NCBI GenBank assembly: GCA_964016885.1 | Contig: OZ024743.1 | Coordinates: 241,676,001-241,740,000, forward strand | Origin: Eledone cirrhosa | Taxonomy: Eukaryota | Reading direction: 5' to 3' | DNA: 64,000 nt | Shown here: one piece after another, positions 12,191-26,821 of the stretch | Position numbering within the stretch: position 1 is the stretch's first letter | Layout: each line of letters begins with the position of its first letter | The notes under the pieces: model-generated | The model's database searches: none | What the model was told of the DNA's origin: nothing | The model's input: only the letters and a program-made list of their open reading frames with translations | Made by a program: the position numbers and the translations under genes

Positions 12191-14136
12191 TATTATTATC
12201 AGTATCGTCGTCTTCATTTTAGAATAATCGGATTTGCTTGTTTGGTGCTAATTGTCCTGATTATACAGAAGTTGCCAACATTACATTATCCACGCATCCA
12301 ACATCAACGCCCGATACACTCTGCCTACTTGTTCCTCTCCCTCCACCTCATCCTACACATACCGCACAAAGCCATCACATTCTTACTCTCATTCTCACAC
12401 TGTCTCTACCCACCTTTTCTCTTTTTCTCACTTCTTTCTTATCCCCTTTTTTCCTATATCTTTCTCTCTCTCACCATTCAGCACCCTGTATCTCTAAAAC
12501 TTTCTCTCCTTCTATACACCTTCTTTCTTTCCTTATTTCTCTTTTCTTTCTCTTCACCCTTTTCTATATATTTATTTCACTTCCATGTTTTTTTTCTCTC
12601 TCCTCTCTCATTCTCACATTTACTTTTTCCCTTAGATTTACTCTTACTCTTACTTCACACTCAGATTTAATTTAAAGCCAATGCTATCAAATATTATCGT
12701 CTGCTTCTGTAGCCTGTGGCTGATATATCAGACTGTATTGTCTGCAATTAATGCATTTCATAAGACCACAAGAACTCCTACTGAGTTAATCACATACATG
12801 ATTAACTCATTTACCTCTGACACTTCATATATGCAAAAGAGATGCTCAAGTTATGCACATTTGAAATACATCGGAAAGGATTAACAATTTCAACTAAAAA
12901 CGATAAGAAAAATTGTAGACATGTTTCTCTCGTTAACGGCATGTTTAGTAATTCAGTACAACAGCTTTGTTAAGTTTCCTTAAGATAGACAGACAGAATT
13001 AATCTGTTTAATATTTTGCTTTCACGACATCCATGACTAATCTATATAATATTTTACTTTTAAGGAGAAAGAAAAAATCTATAAACAAAATCTCTTACAT
13101 TAGATGAGAGTGTCATCCATAAACAACTGGTAAATTCATTTGAATTATTAATGGGGAGAAGGTGGTATAGCGTCCTAATGGATGAGAATGGTGAACATGG
13201 ACGTAGAGAATGTGTCTATTCTACTTAGATACTTGCAAATCAGAAAGTGATGCCGGAGGTGCAGCACCTCTCTTTGACGATCAGGTTAATTCAGGCCCTG
13301 TATAGTTCCTTTATTACCTCCAGCTCATTCTCGGCCTTTCATTGCTAGTCACTTTCCGTTTAATTCATATTATCCCTTATAGTCTATTATGAATTGTCAC
13401 CCCGTTTTTCACACTTCTCTGACCCGGTCACTAGCGCAATCTTACTGCAGCTAATATTAGTAAAGTTTTATAAGGTGCAGCAGTTTTTGTTTCATTTTGT
13501 TGTCTCTCTTTTTCCTCATCTTCTAGGGCTCTTTGGTGTTTTTGTTTTTTTTTGCTTAGTTGTTTACCTTCAATTTTAGAGATGTCAGATTAACATATGA
13601 TGTAGTTCCCTCATAAGGTAGTAAGGCATAATTTTAGCTATCATTGAGGCTAATTTATTTATTCACAACCATAACTGTTAATTCCTTTATGTGTTCGTTA
13701 GTTGTACCTATCAGTGAAGATACTATATCTATTTATACACAAACAATTGTTAAATTACTCTGATCATAAAAGCATAATGACTCCAAATTAAAACACACAA
13801 GCGAATAGAATGCAATCACACAAACTCAAACTAAACTACGAAATACATACCATACTAGACAAGTCAAACTAATCACGTACTAGAGAACTATAGCCAAAAA
13901 CACACTTAGCATAGCAACAACCAACACAGTAGTAATTACTTGTAGGAGCGCGACGTACGTCGTCAGGTCGCAGACGTCATATATATTTGATCTTTACATC
14001 TCTGGGTCTTTTGTGTTGTTGCACTTTTACTTTAGACTGGAAGTCTATTGTCAATTTCAGATTCAGATTCTCGCTGTTTTGCTACTCTATCTAAATTTAT
14101 TCATTCAATTTATTAATATTATATATTATAACAGAA

Positions 14137-14505
14137 GGCGGTAGATTGTCAGAGTTGTTAGAGTGTCGGGTAACATTATTTGCAGTATTTTTTCTCGCTC
14201 TTTACGTTATGAGTTCAAATCCTACCGAGGTTAGCTTTGACTTTCATCCTTAGGGTATCGATAAAATAAAGTACCTGTAACACAGAGGGAACGATTTAAT
14301 CGACTTTTCCTTCCCCCTAAATTGTAGGTCTTGTGCCTAAATCAGAAACCATTATTCAGTTCAAATCCCGCCGATGTTAGCTTTGGCTTTCATCATCTGG
14401 AGTCGAGAAAATATAGTACCCGTAATGCACTAAATCGATTTAATCGACTTTTCCCTTCCTTTCAAAACTGATGGTCTTGTGTCTAAATAAGAAACCATTA
14501 TTATT
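14137..14505 (+). mobile_element. Two tandem copies of SINE family A (B-box head, Deu/Nin-like core)
   Basis: gagttcaaatcc B-box-like motif, ctttcatcc..gtcgataaaataaagtacc core, cttgtg..agaaaccattatt tail. The Deu/Nin resemblance is from memory. Confidence 0.8.
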
Positions 14506-14507
14506 TA

Positions 14508-14974
14508 CTAGCAGAAAAACCACCTTTCGGGTGGTTTTCTGCTAGCATGTGTAGTGTGCATATTGATATTATACGCAGGTATATACATCAAATAAAATCG
14601 TAATTGACAATATATAGTACATAGAAATTGAACGAAGACTGCATTACACTGTCTTATTTAATCAGTAACGTAATCCATGATACATTAAAAAAGACGATAT
14701 TATATATAAACTGCATTAGGAGAAAATTAGTGACATAAAATTAGCATGTTTATTTAAGCGATGGCCAACGGGAAGTGTTGACATTTCAGAAAGTTTAAAG
14801 AGGTGAATCTTTAAATAAACAACATATATTTAATCAACTGCCACGAAATTTAATAGATAAATTATGTAATATTCATTCATTATTTATTCAAAGTAATGCA
14901 ACTTATTTTACTAATGTGATAACAAATTATAAATCGTACGCAGTCCCGCGCTCCTTACTTTATTATAGTTTAGA
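14508..14974 (-). mobile_element. Probable non-autonomous Helitron; its 5' end is repeated at about 15461-15594
   Basis: CTAG plus hairpin at 14508-14545. The minus strand begins A|TC at 14974. 14843-14974 resembles 15461-15594. Confidence 0.5.
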
Positions 14975-15617
14975 TGAGTTTTAAAAAATGAGTTAATAAA
15001 TAAATAAAACGTTATACTTGTTTCACTCTGCCATCTCCAATTAAACCGAACGCTATCATGACTGTATGTTATGTGTGTGTTTGTGTAAATGTATATGTGT
15101 GAATGTATATGTGTGAAAGTATGTGTGAATGTATGTATATTTGTGTGAATGTATGTGTATTTGTGTGAATTATGTCCATGAGAGAGTATTTTTATAAGTT
15201 TGTGTTTGCACGATTATAGTTATATACTCGTAATAGTTATATACTCATACATATAGATGTATGTACGTGCACAATCACACGCGCCAGCGTGTAGAAAGTC
15301 ATAATCTCTCTATCTCTCTCATCACAAACTCTCTCTTTCTTTCTCTCTCTATATATATGGTAGTTGAAGTGGTGGTGGTGGTGGCGACGATATACAGGAA
15401 GTGCAACTTTGAAAAGAAGTCAATTTGTAATTATTTATTTTTACGAAATTATATTACTTTACGAAATTGAGCAGATAAAATATGTAATATTCATTCATTA
15501 TTTATTCAAAGTAATCCAACCTATTTTACAAACGGGATAAAAAAATAAATAAACCGTACGCAATCCCACAGACCTTCCTTTATTATAATTTAGATTATAT
15601 CAGAAAACGGAGGAATA

Positions 15618-15990
15618 TTAGAGTTGTTATAGCTCAGAGAAAATTATTTGCAGTATTTTTTCCGACTTTTTACATTCTGGGTTCAAATGCCACTGGGGTT
15701 TGCGTTGCCTTTCCTCATTACAGGGACGATAAAATAAAGTACCAGTGACGCAATGGGGTCGATTTAATCGATACCCCCCCCCCCTCCGTTCAACTTGCTA
15801 GCCTCGTACCAAATGAAGAAACTATTACTATTTATTATATCAGTACGCGATGGATTAGCAGAGTTGTTTGAGCGTCGAACAAAATTAATTGCAATATTTT
15901 TTCCGGATCTTTGCGTTGTGAGTTCAAAATGACAACCTTCCTTCCATCGCTCCGAGGGTGATAAAATAAAGTACCATTCTAGCAATGGAT
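15618..15990 (+). mobile_element. Two degenerate SINE family A copies
   Basis: gttcaaat and gataaaataaagtacca motifs occur twice. Confidence 0.7.
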
Positions 15991-16464
15991 TCGATATAGC
16001 CTGCGTTTCCGTCCACACTCAGCTGACTTTTCCTAAATTATATATTATTATTTATTATATCTGAGCTGCATCCCACAGGCAGAATGGTGAAAACATCAGC
16101 CAGCAACACCGATTGAACAAGCAATTTCACTTCACAAAGCTCCTTCTTCAAACGTGATGCACTCCTCGTGTTCTTGATGAGGAAACAGCCGTCCGGAGAC
16201 GGAGGAGACCCGAAATTTAGATGGTAAACGGCATAAAAAAGGAAACGATCGATAAAATACTAATATTTGGTTTAACTTCCCCCTCCTCTGCAGCTATTAA
16301 TAATACTTCAGTCTGTTTTTTGTAGATAGCTTTTGAACGTTTCGATATATTATATGGTATTTATTTATATAGCGTCTCAAAAAATATTCGAAATGTGTGT
16401 TCATGATATATGTCTATAAAGTTGGTGATATATCTCACAATTTTAGTAAATCGAAATTCACGCA

Positions 16465-16531
<67 letters not shown>

Positions 16532-17205
16532 ACACACACACACAGACACACACACGCGCACACATACACACACACGCACACATTCTCATACACACAGATG
16601 TATACATAGTTCAATTTAGATAAAAACCAACGATTACAGTTCAAACCATTTCATTTATTTGTACGCCTGTTTCGATTTAATCTGCAGATTAGTTAATTAA
16701 TTAAATCAACAAATATTGCAATCACATATCACATGTCTCCCCAGGAAATAAATATTATATTTGGGGAATGAATATCTCAATTACCAGGTAAGTAGGCTAC
16801 AATCAACAGATAACAGACATAAAGTGATAATTAGTTTTTCTTTAAAGTTAAAATTGAACGATAGATTCATATATATATATATATATACCAACTAGAAATA
16901 GATTGACATATATATATATATAAAATAAACATATGAAACAATCACAAGGAATAATTTGTAAAGTGTGTAAGCACACATAGCTGGCTAGGTAACTAATTAA
17001 AGTTTAACTATAATTTCAAATATAGATACCTTTTAAAATAATTAATCTGCTTTGTATATATTTCTTTAAATAAAAAATATATTTCACCAATTAATCTGTA
17101 AATCACAGTAGTCAAATACTGGATTTATTCACTGGAATCTTTGAGCTTATTCTGCAGTGGATATGGCGGATGTCTCTCAGACATGACACCTTTAATTTAA
17201 TTTTG

Positions 17206-17659
<454 letters not shown>

Positions 17660-18385
17660 GCATAAATATGTTAAAGCATATATCTACTAACGCATACACA
17701 CATCTACATATACACATATTCTTATTACGGGAGCACTTGTCAAATGGATAGGAATTACAGATGATTGATTTGATTGATATATCTATATTTTCGAAAGACT
17801 TTAATCTTGTGAACAATTTCTCACAAATAGTCAGAGAAACTAATCTGAATATTAAACTCATAAAAATCCAGGTAGATCCATAAGATCAATCATCAGTAAA
17901 TCTTATTATTTTGACAGGTGCACCTGTTAAAGGAATTGTTGGATATGTATCAGAATTCTACGTATCATTTGAAAAGAAGGCAATACACTATGTCATATGC
18001 TTCGCCAATAAAGCAATGCAGTGTGTCATATGAGGTGCTAGGATGCAAAGCAATATGCTGTATAGGGTGCTACTGACGATCATGTTCACACATCACTGAA
18101 ACGTGCATGATAGAGGGAAAGAAACATACTTCAATAGTTTACTAACATGCTCTAGATACGATGATTCAATCAATAGACTGGATGTGAACGTCATACCTAC
18201 ATATTATTATGATACAATATTAAGGTAGATAACTGATTCAGTCTCTAAACGAGAACGGAAGATCAGCGAGAACCGTATATCTGCAGGTGTTCATGTCAAA
18301 GCTTACTTATCTCTGCACATCTGTATCTAGATCAGTTTCATATGCATATACATAATATAAATATCTAAATGTATGTATGTTTATA

Positions 18386-18447
<62 letters not shown>

Positions 18448-18448
<1 letters not shown>

Positions 18449-18981
18449 CGTGGGAAAGTAAAAAATCGGAGAATAGACCGTTAAAACATGTTTATTTAAA
18501 ACAGCACCTACGTACGTTTCGCCCAGTTGGGCTTCTCAAGAGCATAAATAATCACAAGTGTTCCTTATATTGCTCGGAAAGAGTTTTTGGGGTTAACCCC
18601 AAAAACGCTTTCCGAGCAATATAAGGAACACTTGTGATTATTTATGCTCTTGAGAAGCCCAACTGGGCGAAACGTACCCCCAAAAACTCTTTCCGAGCAA
18701 TATAAGGAACACTTGTGATTATTTATGCTCTTGAGAAGCCCAACTGGGCGAAACGTACGTAGGTGCTGTTTTAAATAAACATGTTTTAACGGTCTATTCT
18801 CCGATTTTTTTACTTTCCCACGTGCTTACGCTCTGCTAACTCTCTAGCCCACTAAATATTAACACTTCGAATATTTAATACTGCCGGCACTAGTATCGAG
18901 CACCTTTGGCATACGCTACTTGGCAAATAACTCTATGTATCACCTATCCTCCCCTTTTTTCTCTTTCTCGATACGTAAATA

Positions 18982-18987
<6 letters not shown>
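18448..18987 (+). mobile_element. Fold-back plus partial-tandem element in (TA)n, Penelope-like pLTR architecture
   Basis: Inverted arm 18448-18594, direct units 18595-18677 and 18678-18823, unique 3' extension. Hammerhead-like motif ttgagaa-gccc-aact-gggc-gaaa-cgtacg-ta. Confidence 0.75.
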
Positions 18988-19046
<59 letters not shown>

Positions 19047-19059
19047 TAAAATAAGAATA

Positions 19060-19508
19060 TGTGGGACATATACAGGAAACTCACAACTCGGAAGAGACAG
19101 GCACTTGGACATTTACCGCTCATCTGCTCATTCTGTGGATCATTATAGTTCGGGTCTCCGAAAGACATGACTTTTCACCACAAGTGTTATTCGGAGTGAA
19201 AACATAACGTATGACAACAAAAAAAGGCCCAAATATCTACACCCCCATATGGGACAGGAAAATTGCTACAATCGAAAACAACACAGAAATGTGGGTAGGT
19301 AACCGTAATATGAATAAATAAATAAATTTCATTAATACAAGTTTGAACAATCACCATTAATAGGAAAGAGACGTAACAGAGTGACCTAACTAAGTCAGCG
19401 GCTGAGTCACAAAATAATGAGGCGGAGGCTTGAAGGAAAGTTGGTAGGTAGGGTATTATTGAGAACCGAAAGAGGGGGATACAAACATAGATAGATGTAG
19501 AGGGATAT

Positions 19509-19549
<41 letters not shown>

Positions 19550-19898
19550 CAGATAAATACATAGATAGATAAAGAGAGGGAGAGAAACAGAGATTTTAAA
19601 ATTAGGCCTCTATGCGTTTCAATGATAATATCGTTCATAAAACACGTGGGACATTTACAGGAAACAGAAAATTAAGAAGAGACAAGCACATGGATAACTA
19701 CCCCTCAACTGCTGTTTTCTGCAGATCAATATAATTTTGGATGCTTCCAAAGACAGGGCTATTCGCCACCAGGTCATCAATAGTATCCAAGGGAAGATAA
19801 CTATTCGGGATGAAAAAACAACGGGCGTACAAGAAAAAAAACCATATCGATGGAAAATTGCGACATTCGAAAGCACACAAATGTGAGTAGTAACCTAT
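19060..19898. repeat. Two diverged direct copies of an unclassified ~250 bp repeat (19060-19310, 19646-19898)
   Basis: Shared anchors gtgggacat.tacaggaaac, aagagaca.gcac.tgga, ccatat..ggaaaattgc.aca.tcgaaa, aaatgtg.gtag. Confidence 0.65.
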
Positions 19899-19933
19899 GC
19901 GGGTATATATATATATATATACATATATACATT

Positions 19934-20864
<931 letters not shown>

Positions 20865-20890
20865 ATATATATATAAATATATATATATAT

Positions 20891-21666
20891 GCAAAAGTTC
20901 TATTTAAAGTTGTTGGGATACAACAAGTAAATATTTTTATAATTGATATAAAGCACTCGACAAATTTTTGGAGTAGATATACGATATTAATAAATGGAAA
21001 CTATATTTATAAAACCATATTTATTTCATTATACATATTTCAGGGATACCACATTAAATTATGGTATGCCTTCATCATTCATGAATATTGATACTTATAT
21101 TTATATTTTTATTATTCATTTCATATAAATTTTTAACTCAACTTAATATGACATGACGTAAAGTTGTCACTGTCCCCCCCCCTCTCTCTATATAGTATTT
21201 CTCTCTCTTGAGTTTTTCTTTCTATATGATGACTTGATATCTCTCTGTTGCTTTCCTTTGTTTTTCTTATTCCTTCCTTTTCTTTCTTTTTTATTTCCTC
21301 CTATCTTTATCTATCTCATTCTTTTCTCCATACATTTCTCTCTCTCCGATATTTCTCCAGGTTTTCATTCTCTTTTCTTTCTCTCTCTCCGTCTTTGTTC
21401 TTTTCTCTCTCTCCATCTTTTTTCTTTCTCTCCGTCTTTTTCTAATTGTGCTTAACACTATGACTTATTATATAAACAAATCACTATCCAGACAGCCTCC
21501 AAAAGTAATGGTTGTATTTTAAAAGGGTACGTCAAACCTATTTGTAAAACTGTTATATATTGAATTTTGTCTGATGAAGGCATACCATAATTTAATGTGG
21601 TATCCCTGAAATATGTATAATGAAATAAATATGGTTTTATAAATATAGTTTCCATTTATTAATATC

Positions 21667-21670
<4 letters not shown>
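20891..21670. mobile_element. Inverted pair of pLTR-like fragments (20891-21077 minus, 21458-21670 plus) around a CT-rich spacer
   Basis: 20979-21077 is the reverse complement of 21572-21670. (TA)n lies on both outer sides. Same family as 28190-28530. Confidence 0.75.
21565..21625 (+). ncRNA. Type I hammerhead ribozyme motif
   Basis: ttttgt-CTGATGA-aggcataccata atttaa tgtggtatccct-GAAA-tatgta-TA-atgaaa. Confidence 0.75.
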
Positions 21671-21734
<64 letters not shown>

Positions 21735-21920
21735 AAGGAAAAGAATGACTTCACTTGTAGTTCTAAACAATTCAATTTAATTTTATAATATTATAATTTT
21801 ACAATTTGGTTTCGTAGATCTAGTAAGTTCTTTGTTAACTTTGGTGGGGAGATCTTTTTTAAGATTCTTGGTTAACTTTCCTGGAGAACTTTCTCGCATT
21901 CGTCGGTGGCGATTGTCAAA

Positions 21921-21967
<47 letters not shown>

Positions 21968-22012
21968 CAAATAGGTGCGGTAAGATACCAGGTGGACCGT
22001 AACGCACCAGGT

Positions 22013-22124
<112 letters not shown>

Positions 22125-22155
22125 TATATGTGTGTGTGTGTGTGTGTCTGTGTAT

Positions 22156-22497
22156 AGGGTAAGGACCCCCTTCGGTCACGCGTGACCATGGAATTTGCAA
22201 CTAGAAAGTTCCTCTCCGAGGCACAAGGCCGGGCAAGGTTGTTTGTGGAACACCACCAGTCGCCCATGCACACCAGTCTCCTTTTTCCATATCACCGATG
22301 TTGTTCAAGGGAAAGGCAAATGCTTATACAGCTTGGCACCAGAGATGTTGCAACTCAATTCTACAGCTGAGTAAACTGGTGCAATGTGAAATAAAGTGTC
22401 TTGCTCAAGAACAAAACGAAAGCAAAGTCCGAGAATCGAACTCACAACTTCACGATTGTAAGCCTGACTCTCTAACCACTAACCCATGCACCTTCAC
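22156..22497 (-). mobile_element. SINE family B (tRNA-like head, CORE-like domain)
   Basis: Minus strand has gtggttag (A box), gagttcgattc (B box) and cttgagcaagacactttatttc. Homologous to 60548-60855. Confidence 0.8.
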
Positions 22498-22611
22498 ACA
22501 CACAAAAACACACACACACACATATATGTATATATATGTATGTGTGTGTGAGTGTATGTTTAGTTGTCTGTGTGTGTGTCTCTATGCATACATATACGCA
22601 CACATAGTACT

Positions 22612-22829
22612 GTTGATTGGCAGTATCGGTAGAGTGTTTGGCATCAGGCTTTGTGCATCGAGTTACGGCCCTTTACATTCTGAGTTCAAATCCCGACGTG
22701 AATAACTTTGCCTGTCATCCTCTCGGGTTCGATAAAATAAAGTACCAGTCACACACTGGGGTCGATTTAATCAACTTTCCCCCATTCCCTAAAATTGCTA
22801 ACCTTGTGCCTCAAAGACAAACAATTATT
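22612..22829 (+). mobile_element. SINE family A
   Basis: Full head, core and tail motifs. Confidence 0.85.
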
Positions 22830-23329
22830 CTTATCATCATCATCATCATCATCATCAACATCATCGAAGTCATCATTTTGGCAAGCATCTTTATACGCTG
22901 AGAGTGTATCAGTGTTCCTGCCATAACTAAGCCATAAATCCTGGCACGTGTTTGATTAATTCCCACCGCCGCCGCGCTCCGCATCCGACCACAAAAGGGT
23001 AATATCAGCAACGAGATAAAGTGTTATAGGGAGCGGGTGTTACAGTGAGGAATTTATGAAGCTGGACAATATATAAAGAAGAGGAAATATTGAGAATATT
23101 ACATCAGTCTGCAATATTCCACCCGTTGCTACTGTTGCTATACATATCGTTGCTGTTATCCGTATCATATTTGTTTCCATGACAACCGTGTTGACGTCAT
23201 TAGAGTAGAAACAGTAGATAATGCTATGCTTTCATATGTCGCTTTCCTGTCATTAGACTTGGACGAGGTGGCTGGGTGTGGTGATTTATTAGCTGCATAG
23301 TTAGGAGAGGATGCTATGTGATGTGTGAC

Positions 23330-25330
23330 TGTGTGACTGGATGTGGTGTAGTGGGGTGTGTTGAGTTGTGGCTTAGTAGGATGTATAGTACTGTTGTGTG
23401 CTCTGCTCTGCTGTGCATTGTGACAAGATATGGTGTAGTGAGGTGTGTTGAGGTGTAGTCGGGAGTGATATGCTGTACTTAGCTGTGGTGCGTTGTGCTC
23501 TATTGTGTTGTGGTATGGTGTGGTATGGTGTGCTGTGGTGTGGTGTGGTGTAATGTGTTGTGGTATGGTGTGCTGTAGTGTGGTGTGGTGTGCTGTAGTG
23601 TGGTGTGGTATGCTGTAGTGTGGTGTGGTATGCTGTAGTGTGCTGTAGTGTGGTGTGGTGTGCTGTGGTGTGCTGTAGTGTGGTATGGTGTGCTGTGGTG
23701 TGGTGTGGTGTAATGTGTTGTGGTATGGTGTGCTGTAGTGTGGTGTGGTGTGGTGTAGTGTGGTGTGGTGTGCTGTAGTGTGCTGTAGTGTGGTGTGGTG
23801 TGCTGTGGTGTGCTGTAGTGTGGTGTGCTGTGCTGTAGTGTGGTATGGTGTGCTGTAGTGTGGTGTGGTGTGCTGTAGCGTGCTGTAGTGTGGTGTGGTG
23901 TGCTGTGGTGTGCTGTAGTGTGGTGTGGTGTGCTCTAGTGTGGTGTGGTGTGCTGTAGTGTGGTGTGGTGTGCTGTAGTGTGCTGTGGTGTGCTGTAGTG
24001 TGGTGTAGTGTGCTGTGGTGCGCTGTGGTGTGCTGTAGTGTGGTGTGGTGTGGTGTGGTGTGGTGTGGTGTAATGTGTTGTGGTATGGTGGGCTGTAGTG
24101 TGGTGTGGTGTGCTGTAGTGTGGTGTCGTGTGCTGTAGTGTGGTGTGGTGTGCTGTAGTGTGGTATGGTGTGCTGTAGTGTGGTGTGGTGTGCTGTAGTG
24201 TGGTGTGGTGTGCTGTAGTGTGGTATGGCGGGCTGTAGTGTGGTGTGGTGTGCTGTAGTGTGGTATGGTGTGCTGTAGTGTGGTAAGGTGTGCTGTAGTG
24301 TGGTGTGGTGTGCTGTAATGTAGTGTGGTATGCTGTAGTGTGATGTGGTGTGCTGTAGTGTGGTGTGGTGTGCTGTAGTGTGGTGTGGTGTGCTGTAGTG
24401 TGGTAAGGTGTGCTGTAGTGTGGTGTGGTGTGCTGTAATGTAGTGTGGTATGCTGTAGTGTGATGTGGTGTGCTGTAGTGTGGTGTGGTGTGCTGTGGTG
24501 TGGTGTGGTGTGCTGTAGTGTGGTATGGCGGGCTGTAGTGTGGTGTGGTGTGCTGTAGTGTGGTAAGGTGTGCTGTAGTGTGGTGTGGTGTGCTGTAATG
24601 TAGTGTGGTATGCTGTAGTGTGGTGTGCTGTGCTGTGGTGTGCTGTGGTGTGCTGTAATGTGGTGTGGTATGGTGAGGTGTCGTGTGGTGCGGTGTGCTG
24701 TAGTGTGGTGTGGTGTGCTGTAGTGTGGTGTGGTGTGGTGTGCTGTAGTGCGGTGTGCTGTAATGCGTTGTGGTATGGTGAGGTGTGGTGTGGTGTGGTG
24801 TGGAGTACTGTAGTGCGTTGTGGTGTGGTCTGCTATTGGTTGGTGTGGTGTGCTGTAGTGTGGTTTGGTGTGCTGTAGTGTGGTGTGATGTGCTGTAGTG
24901 TGGTGTGGCGTGCTCTAGTGCATTGTGGTGTGGTCTGTCGTATGGTGTAGTGATGTGGTGTTGTGTGGTGTGTTGTTTTGTGGTGCATGTAGTGTACTGT
25001 GTTGTGAAGAGGTGTGTTGTGGTGTAGTGTGGTGTTGTGTGCTGTAGTGCGTTGTGGTGTGGTATGTCGTATGGTGTAGTGGTGTGGTATGTTGTGCTGT
25101 GGTGTGGTGTTCTGTGGTGGGTGTAGTGTGCTGTTTTGTGAAATGGTGATTTGTGGTGTATCGTGGTGTGGAGTATAGTGCTATATTGTTATGTTATGGT
25201 GTGGTATAACGGGTTGTGCTACTGGTTGTTATGGCGTAGTATACTATGCTATGATATGGTGTGGTGCGGTACCGTGTGGTGTTGCCAGGTGCGCTATGGT
25301 GTGTTTTGTGATGTTTTGTATGGGGTTGTA
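23330..25330. repeat. Pentanucleotide satellite (TGGTG/TGCTG/TAGTG variants) with degenerate edges
   Basis: 5-bp periodicity with a recurring 20-mer tggtgtggtgtgctgtagtg. Confidence 0.95.
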
Positions 25331-25670
25331 TGGGGTTGTGGTTTGTGTCGTGCGACCGTAGTGCATGCTTTGGTGTAATGTCGTGCGATGTTGTATGGCC
25401 TTTTCTTGTAAGGTGCTCTGCGATGTGAGTGATTTTAATGTGATGTAATGCAGGGGAAGTTGTGGTAAGACGTAGCCGGGCTTGGTGTTGAATAGAGAGT
25501 TGTAGTGGGGAAGGATTGGTATGTGTAGGGTGATGAAGAAGAAGAAGTGCGCGCGCGTTTGTGTGTGAGTGTGTGTGTGTGTGTGAGAGTGTGTGTGTGA
25601 ATGTATATGTGTGTGTGTGTTTGTGTGTGTGTACGTACATGTAGCGGATGACATTATTTTAGACAGCCAC

Positions 25671-25853
25671 GTGGATTGGCAGTATTGGTAGAGGGTCGGA
25701 CGCCATGCCTTGACGCATAGAGTTACGGCCCTTGCTATTCTGAGTTCAAATCCCGCCGAGGTTAACTTTGCCTTTCAACCTTACGGGGTTGATAAAATAA
25801 AGTACCAGTAATGCACTGGGATAATTGCTGGCCTTGTGCCAAAAGTAGAAACA
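25671..25853 (+). mobile_element. SINE family A with an 18 bp target-site duplication
   Basis: TSD attattttagacagccac at 25653-25670 and 25854-25871. Confidence 0.9.
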
Positions 25854-26184
25854 ATTATTTTAGACAGCCACAAATGTCAATAAAATGGCAATGTTAATAA
25901 TTCTATGTCTAATGTCAGAAGGATTCGCGAAGCCATGTTCTGCAAAGATAGATAGCTAGGTAGATAGACAGACAGACACAGACAGACACAGACGGACAGA
26001 CGGACAGACAAACAGATAGATCGATAGATAAATAGATAGATAGAGAGAGAGTGAGATATATATATAGAGAGAGACAGATAGATGGACGGATGGATAGATG
26101 CATACATACACACACATAATACGCATACATACATAGACACATTGGCAATTATAAAACCAGAAGAACATACATACAAACATACAT

Positions 26185-26797
26185 GGTGGCTGCCAACTCG
26201 TCTTCGAGTACGGCCACTACTTTATATCCATGTAGGAGAACCCCTACCGATGCGCTGAACGAGTGTGACTTTTTAGTCCAGCCAGCAACTTGAAAACTCT
26301 GGTACAAATACTACACTTGTGACAATTATTGACACATAGTGCTGGGCTCATGGTACCACGTGACGACAAGTGCAGAGAGATCTCCAGATATAAAGCAATG
26401 CCTGTGCCGTGAAGCTTTTATAGTGAGCAAAGGCACTGCACAAAGCCAGTCCCACTCTCTTAACCAAGATGATATTTACCAAAAAGAAGAACAAGTCAAC
26501 ATCATTGGATACCATCAGTGTTGCAGGTGTTATATCAGAGTTTTCCTTCTCCTAGAATTCTGCCTTGACAAAGGCTAAGGGGTCATCTCTCCCGGTGATT
26601 TTGGATGGCCATTGACTCTTAAGAGCTTCTTTGCCCTTTGACAGGTTTTGTCATTAGTCCTGCAGGATGTCCAAAGTCATCCTCCTCACCAAGAAAACTT
26701 GGTGGGGTTTCCAGTTTAGTCGCCAACGACACGACCATGAGACAGGTTGTACTGGGATACATGTTACCAGTAGCACCAACTGGTGACCTGACCATAA
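26185..26797 (-). mobile_element. Internally deleted RTE-like element (putative 5' UTR joined to the 3' end)
   Basis: 26321-26244(-) encodes HKCSICTRVFKLLAGLKSHTRSAHR*, a C2H2 finger typical of RTE C-termini. The 5' part has gtgtcgttggcgactaa. (CATA)n lies on both sides. Confidence 0.6.
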
Positions 26798-26821
26798 TTA
26801 CATACATACATACATACATAT

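Noticed and set aside
12681-13150. Possible decayed Penelope-like ORF (YAHLKYIG)
   Set aside because: Many stops and no recognisable GIY-YIG or RT motif.
16174-16720. Hammerhead-like fragments at 16175-16225 (+) and 16657-16718 (-)
   Set aside because: Core incomplete or stems not closable.
16745-16794. Micro-exon ending in cag|gtaagt
   Set aside because: Weak acceptor and no other support; such sites occur by chance.
17735-17975. Very degenerate LINE RT traces (also 28720-28850, 47040-47260, 55255-55480)
   Set aside because: Only faint motif resemblance (for example [15 protein letters not shown]); too weak to call.
24585-25654. Cys/Val/Trp- or His/Thr-rich ORFs
   Set aside because: By-products of the pentamer satellite.
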